From positions 1 through 8,144 of the forward strand of contig NJBF01000078.1 of the NCBI GenBank assembly GCA_003144275.1: a stretch of DNA of 8,144 nucleotides, given 5' to 3'. Position numbers and translations under genes: made by a program. This DNA comes from Candidatus Heimdallarchaeota archaeon B3_Heim. GTDB lineage: Archaea > Asgardarchaeota > Heimdallarchaeia > Hodarchaeales > Hodarchaeaceae. This document shows, piece after piece, positions 6,371 to 8,144 of this stretch; positions within the stretch are counted from its first letter, which is position 1, and each line of letters starts with the position of its first letter. Below the pieces are notes generated by a model that was not told the origin of the DNA, made no database searches, and saw nothing but the letters and a program-made list of their open reading frames with translations.

Positions 6371-7535
6371 TAAGCAATTAAGGCAGGCCATCAGTGGTTA
6401 TCTTAACTGGATAAGATCCATGCACTATGATCGTCCTAACGCAGGGATGCTTTATAGCCTGGTGTTGTGGGATTTTCTTAGGTTTGTAAAAGACAAAAGT
6501 ATCGCGTGGAAGGATATGTTTACACTGGATATCCTAAAAGAGTTTCGAAAGTATACTACTCTAAAGAATCCATCACATGCACTAATAGGGCTCTCCAGTT
6601 ATCTTTTCAGGAATAGAAGAATCCCAGAGCCTTTAGTGATCCCAAACTACCAGATCGATCTACCTGACATCTATGAGAAGTATCTCGCCTACCATGAGCA
6701 AAGCCGTCAGATCCCCTATACCCAGGTCAAGCAGGTAAGAAGGGTGCTGGCCTCTTTTGATGGGTATCTGGAAAGGCATAAGATCGATCTTTCCTCTCTT
6801 AACATTGAACACCTTGATGCCTTCATGGCGGAGTTTAATGAACGTCTTGCTCCGGGCACATGCCGTCTCTATCGTTGCTACCTCAGGGGTTTCTTAAGGT
6901 ATCTGTATCAAGAGCGCAGAATCATCACTACAGATCTTGCCCCCCTGCTCGTGGGAAGACGTCTATATGCCCAGGCAAAACCACCCAAGTTCTTGCGGCC
7001 TCAGGAAGTGCAAACACTCTTTGCAAGCCTCAAGTTTAGCACCCCTATAGATATCCGAACCTATGCCATGGTCCAGCTGGCTTATACTCTGGGCCTCCGG
7101 CCCAAGGAGATCAGTTTAATCACCCTTGATGATATCTCTTTTAGCAAAGGGGAGCTCAGCGTTGCCGACAGAAAGGGCAATAACCCCATTACCCTTCCTA
7201 TCCCCGAGCATACCATCAAGGCCATAGCCGCCTATGTGGTAAATGTCAGGCCCGAAAGTAAATACAGACATGTTTTCTTAACCCTTCAATCCCCTTACAG
7301 GCCAATAAGCTCCGCTGTAGTTGCTCACTATATCTCAAAGGCTATGAAGGCGGCAGGACTGTCTTGCTCAGCCTATTGGCTCAGACACACCTATGCCCAG
7401 AACCTGCTTGAAACAGGGGTGTCAATCTTTGAAATCAAAGAGATGCTGGGACACGATAAGATAGAGTCCACCAAAAACTACCTTCACATACACATTAAAC
7501 TAATGCGAAAGGTCCTTTTCGATGAAGAACTTTGA
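6363..7535 (+). CDS. tyrosine recombinase, RitA-like, 390 aa
   Basis: SD AGGAGG at 6352-6357. Catalytic motifs: LGLRPKE (R), DRKG (K), YWLRHTYA (x-x-x-R), MLGH (H), TKNY (Y). The long helical N-terminus and L.LDDI...G.L...RK...LP.P...RP pattern are as in RitA-type integrases. Confidence 0.93.
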   Translation: MIDKQLRQAISGYLNWIRSMHYDRPNAGMLYSLVLWDFLRFVKDKSIAWKDMFTLDILKEFRKYTTLKNPSHALIGLSSYLFRNRRIPEPLVIPNYQIDLPDIYEKYLAYHEQSRQIPYTQVKQVRRVLASFDGYLERHKIDLSSLNIEHLDAFMAEFNERLAPGTCRLYRCYLRGFLRYLYQERRIITTDLAPLLVGRRLYAQAKPPKFLRPQEVQTLFASLKFSTPIDIRTYAMVQLAYTLGLRPKEISLITLDDISFSKGELSVADRKGNNPITLPIPEHTIKAIAAYVVNVRPESKYRHVFLTLQSPYRPISSAVVAHYISKAMKAAGLSCSAYWLRHTYAQNLLETGVSIFEIKEMLGHDKIESTKNYLHIHIKLMRKVLFDEEL

Positions 7536-8144
7536 AAGCTTCATGGCTCCGCAACTACAAGGTTATGTCGTCTACCGACAAAACCTGGGCTATTCGAAAA
7601 GGAATATCAGATCATCTCTTTTAGCCTTTGACCGATACCTGAAAGCACACAACGCTGATTGGGATTCCCTGCGGCCCTCTTTTTTCCTTGAGTTAAGAGA
7701 GGGAATCCATGAGGAGCCGCGGACAGTGAACAGTATCCTATCCGGGCTGCGAGGCTTCTTCCAGTTTTTGGTACGCAAGGGAATCTATCCAGAAAGCCCC
7801 CTAAAGGATATCCCACCTCTTCATGAAAGATATTTTATCCCTTTTGTCTTCTCAGCAGAGCAGATCGATCAGTTACTTGAGGCCCTTTGCCAAAGGTTAA
7901 GAAGAGATGAAAAGTATTTCCTCCTCGATCTTGCCTTGTATATGGCCATCGTGCTGATGGCACGATGTGGACTGAGAATCTCGGAGCCCTTACGGCTGTT
8001 GCGTAGTCATTATCGAGGTGATGATGGAACTATTTATATCGAGAAGAGCAAGTTTAGAAAAGACCGGTTGATCCCGGTTCCTAAAGCCGTGATGATGGAA
8101 ATCGAAAACTATCTCTCAGTGCGCAAGTCCCTTTGCCCCGATGA
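7522..8144 (+). CDS. second tyrosine recombinase, RitB-like (3' partial, missing from ORF track)
   Basis: ATG 7522 overlaps the upstream integrase by 14 nt and the frame is open to the window end (207 codons): MKNFESFMAPQLQGYVVYRQNLGY...PFVFSAEQIDQLL...CGLRISEPLRL...IEKSKFRKDRLIPV. The PF.FS..I..LL, GLRISE and SKF.K.R..P motifs are RitB-type. Confidence 0.9.
   Translation, partial: MKNFESFMAPQLQGYVVYRQNLGYSKRNIRSSLLAFDRYLKAHNADWDSLRPSFFLELREGIHEEPRTVNSILSGLRGFFQFLVRKGIYPESPLKDIPPLHERYFIPFVFSAEQIDQLLEALCQRLRRDEKYFLLDLALYMAIVLMARCGLRISEPLRLLRSHYRGDDGTIYIEKSKFRKDRLIPVPKAVMMEIENYLSVRKSLCPD

Larger units (their letters stand above)
4568..8144 (+). mobile_element. RIT (recombinase-in-trio)-like integrative element, left part, with accessory genes
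   Basis: Two overlapping tandem tyrosine recombinases in RitA-RitB order, overlapping upstream accessory genes, and repeated candidate binding boxes on the left. The boundary at 4568 (or 4020) is inferred; a third recombinase and right end would lie outside the window. Confidence 0.65.

Noticed and set aside
6363-7535. Housekeeping xerC/xerD
   Set aside because: It is longer than Xer proteins, overlaps a second dissimilar recombinase and sits in a mobile-element context.
7590-7816. Track ORFs 7590..7778 and 7607..7816, and a suspected frameshift at the T run near 7680
   Set aside because: Both are antisense to the RitB-like gene. Manual translation shows its frame is intact through CCC TCT TTT TTC.

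Overview
The window appears to be a composite of two compositionally different segments. The left part (1 to ~2955) is very AT-rich (about 25% GC in one hand-counted 60-mer). It holds the 3' end of a PlsC-like acyltransferase, an 87-aa orphan and two tandem EamA/DMT transporter genes; the upstream one carries a gelsolin-like N-terminal extension, which suggests an Asgard/Lokiarchaeia-type origin (inference). The right part (~3031-8144) is more GC-rich (about 50% in one hand-counted integrase 60-mer) and bacterial-looking. It holds a 5'-truncated, frameshifted MBL-fold hydrolase, a ~900-bp non-coding stretch with repeated NTATGTTG boxes, a SEC-C/TPR gene, and a co-oriented run: Zn-ribbon protein, small ORF, winged-helix protein, RitA-like and RitB-like tyrosine recombinases (the last runs off the window and is absent from the ORF track). 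At the join (2954-3052) sits a 33-codon fragment of threonyl-tRNA synthetase, in frame with the EamA gene and overlapping the MBL gene on the opposite strand. This most likely marks a chimeric assembly. The best candidate for a novel system is an expanded RIT (recombinase-in-trio)-like element with accessory genes and an array of candidate recombination sites. All family assignments come from motif recognition by eye; no database searches were run.
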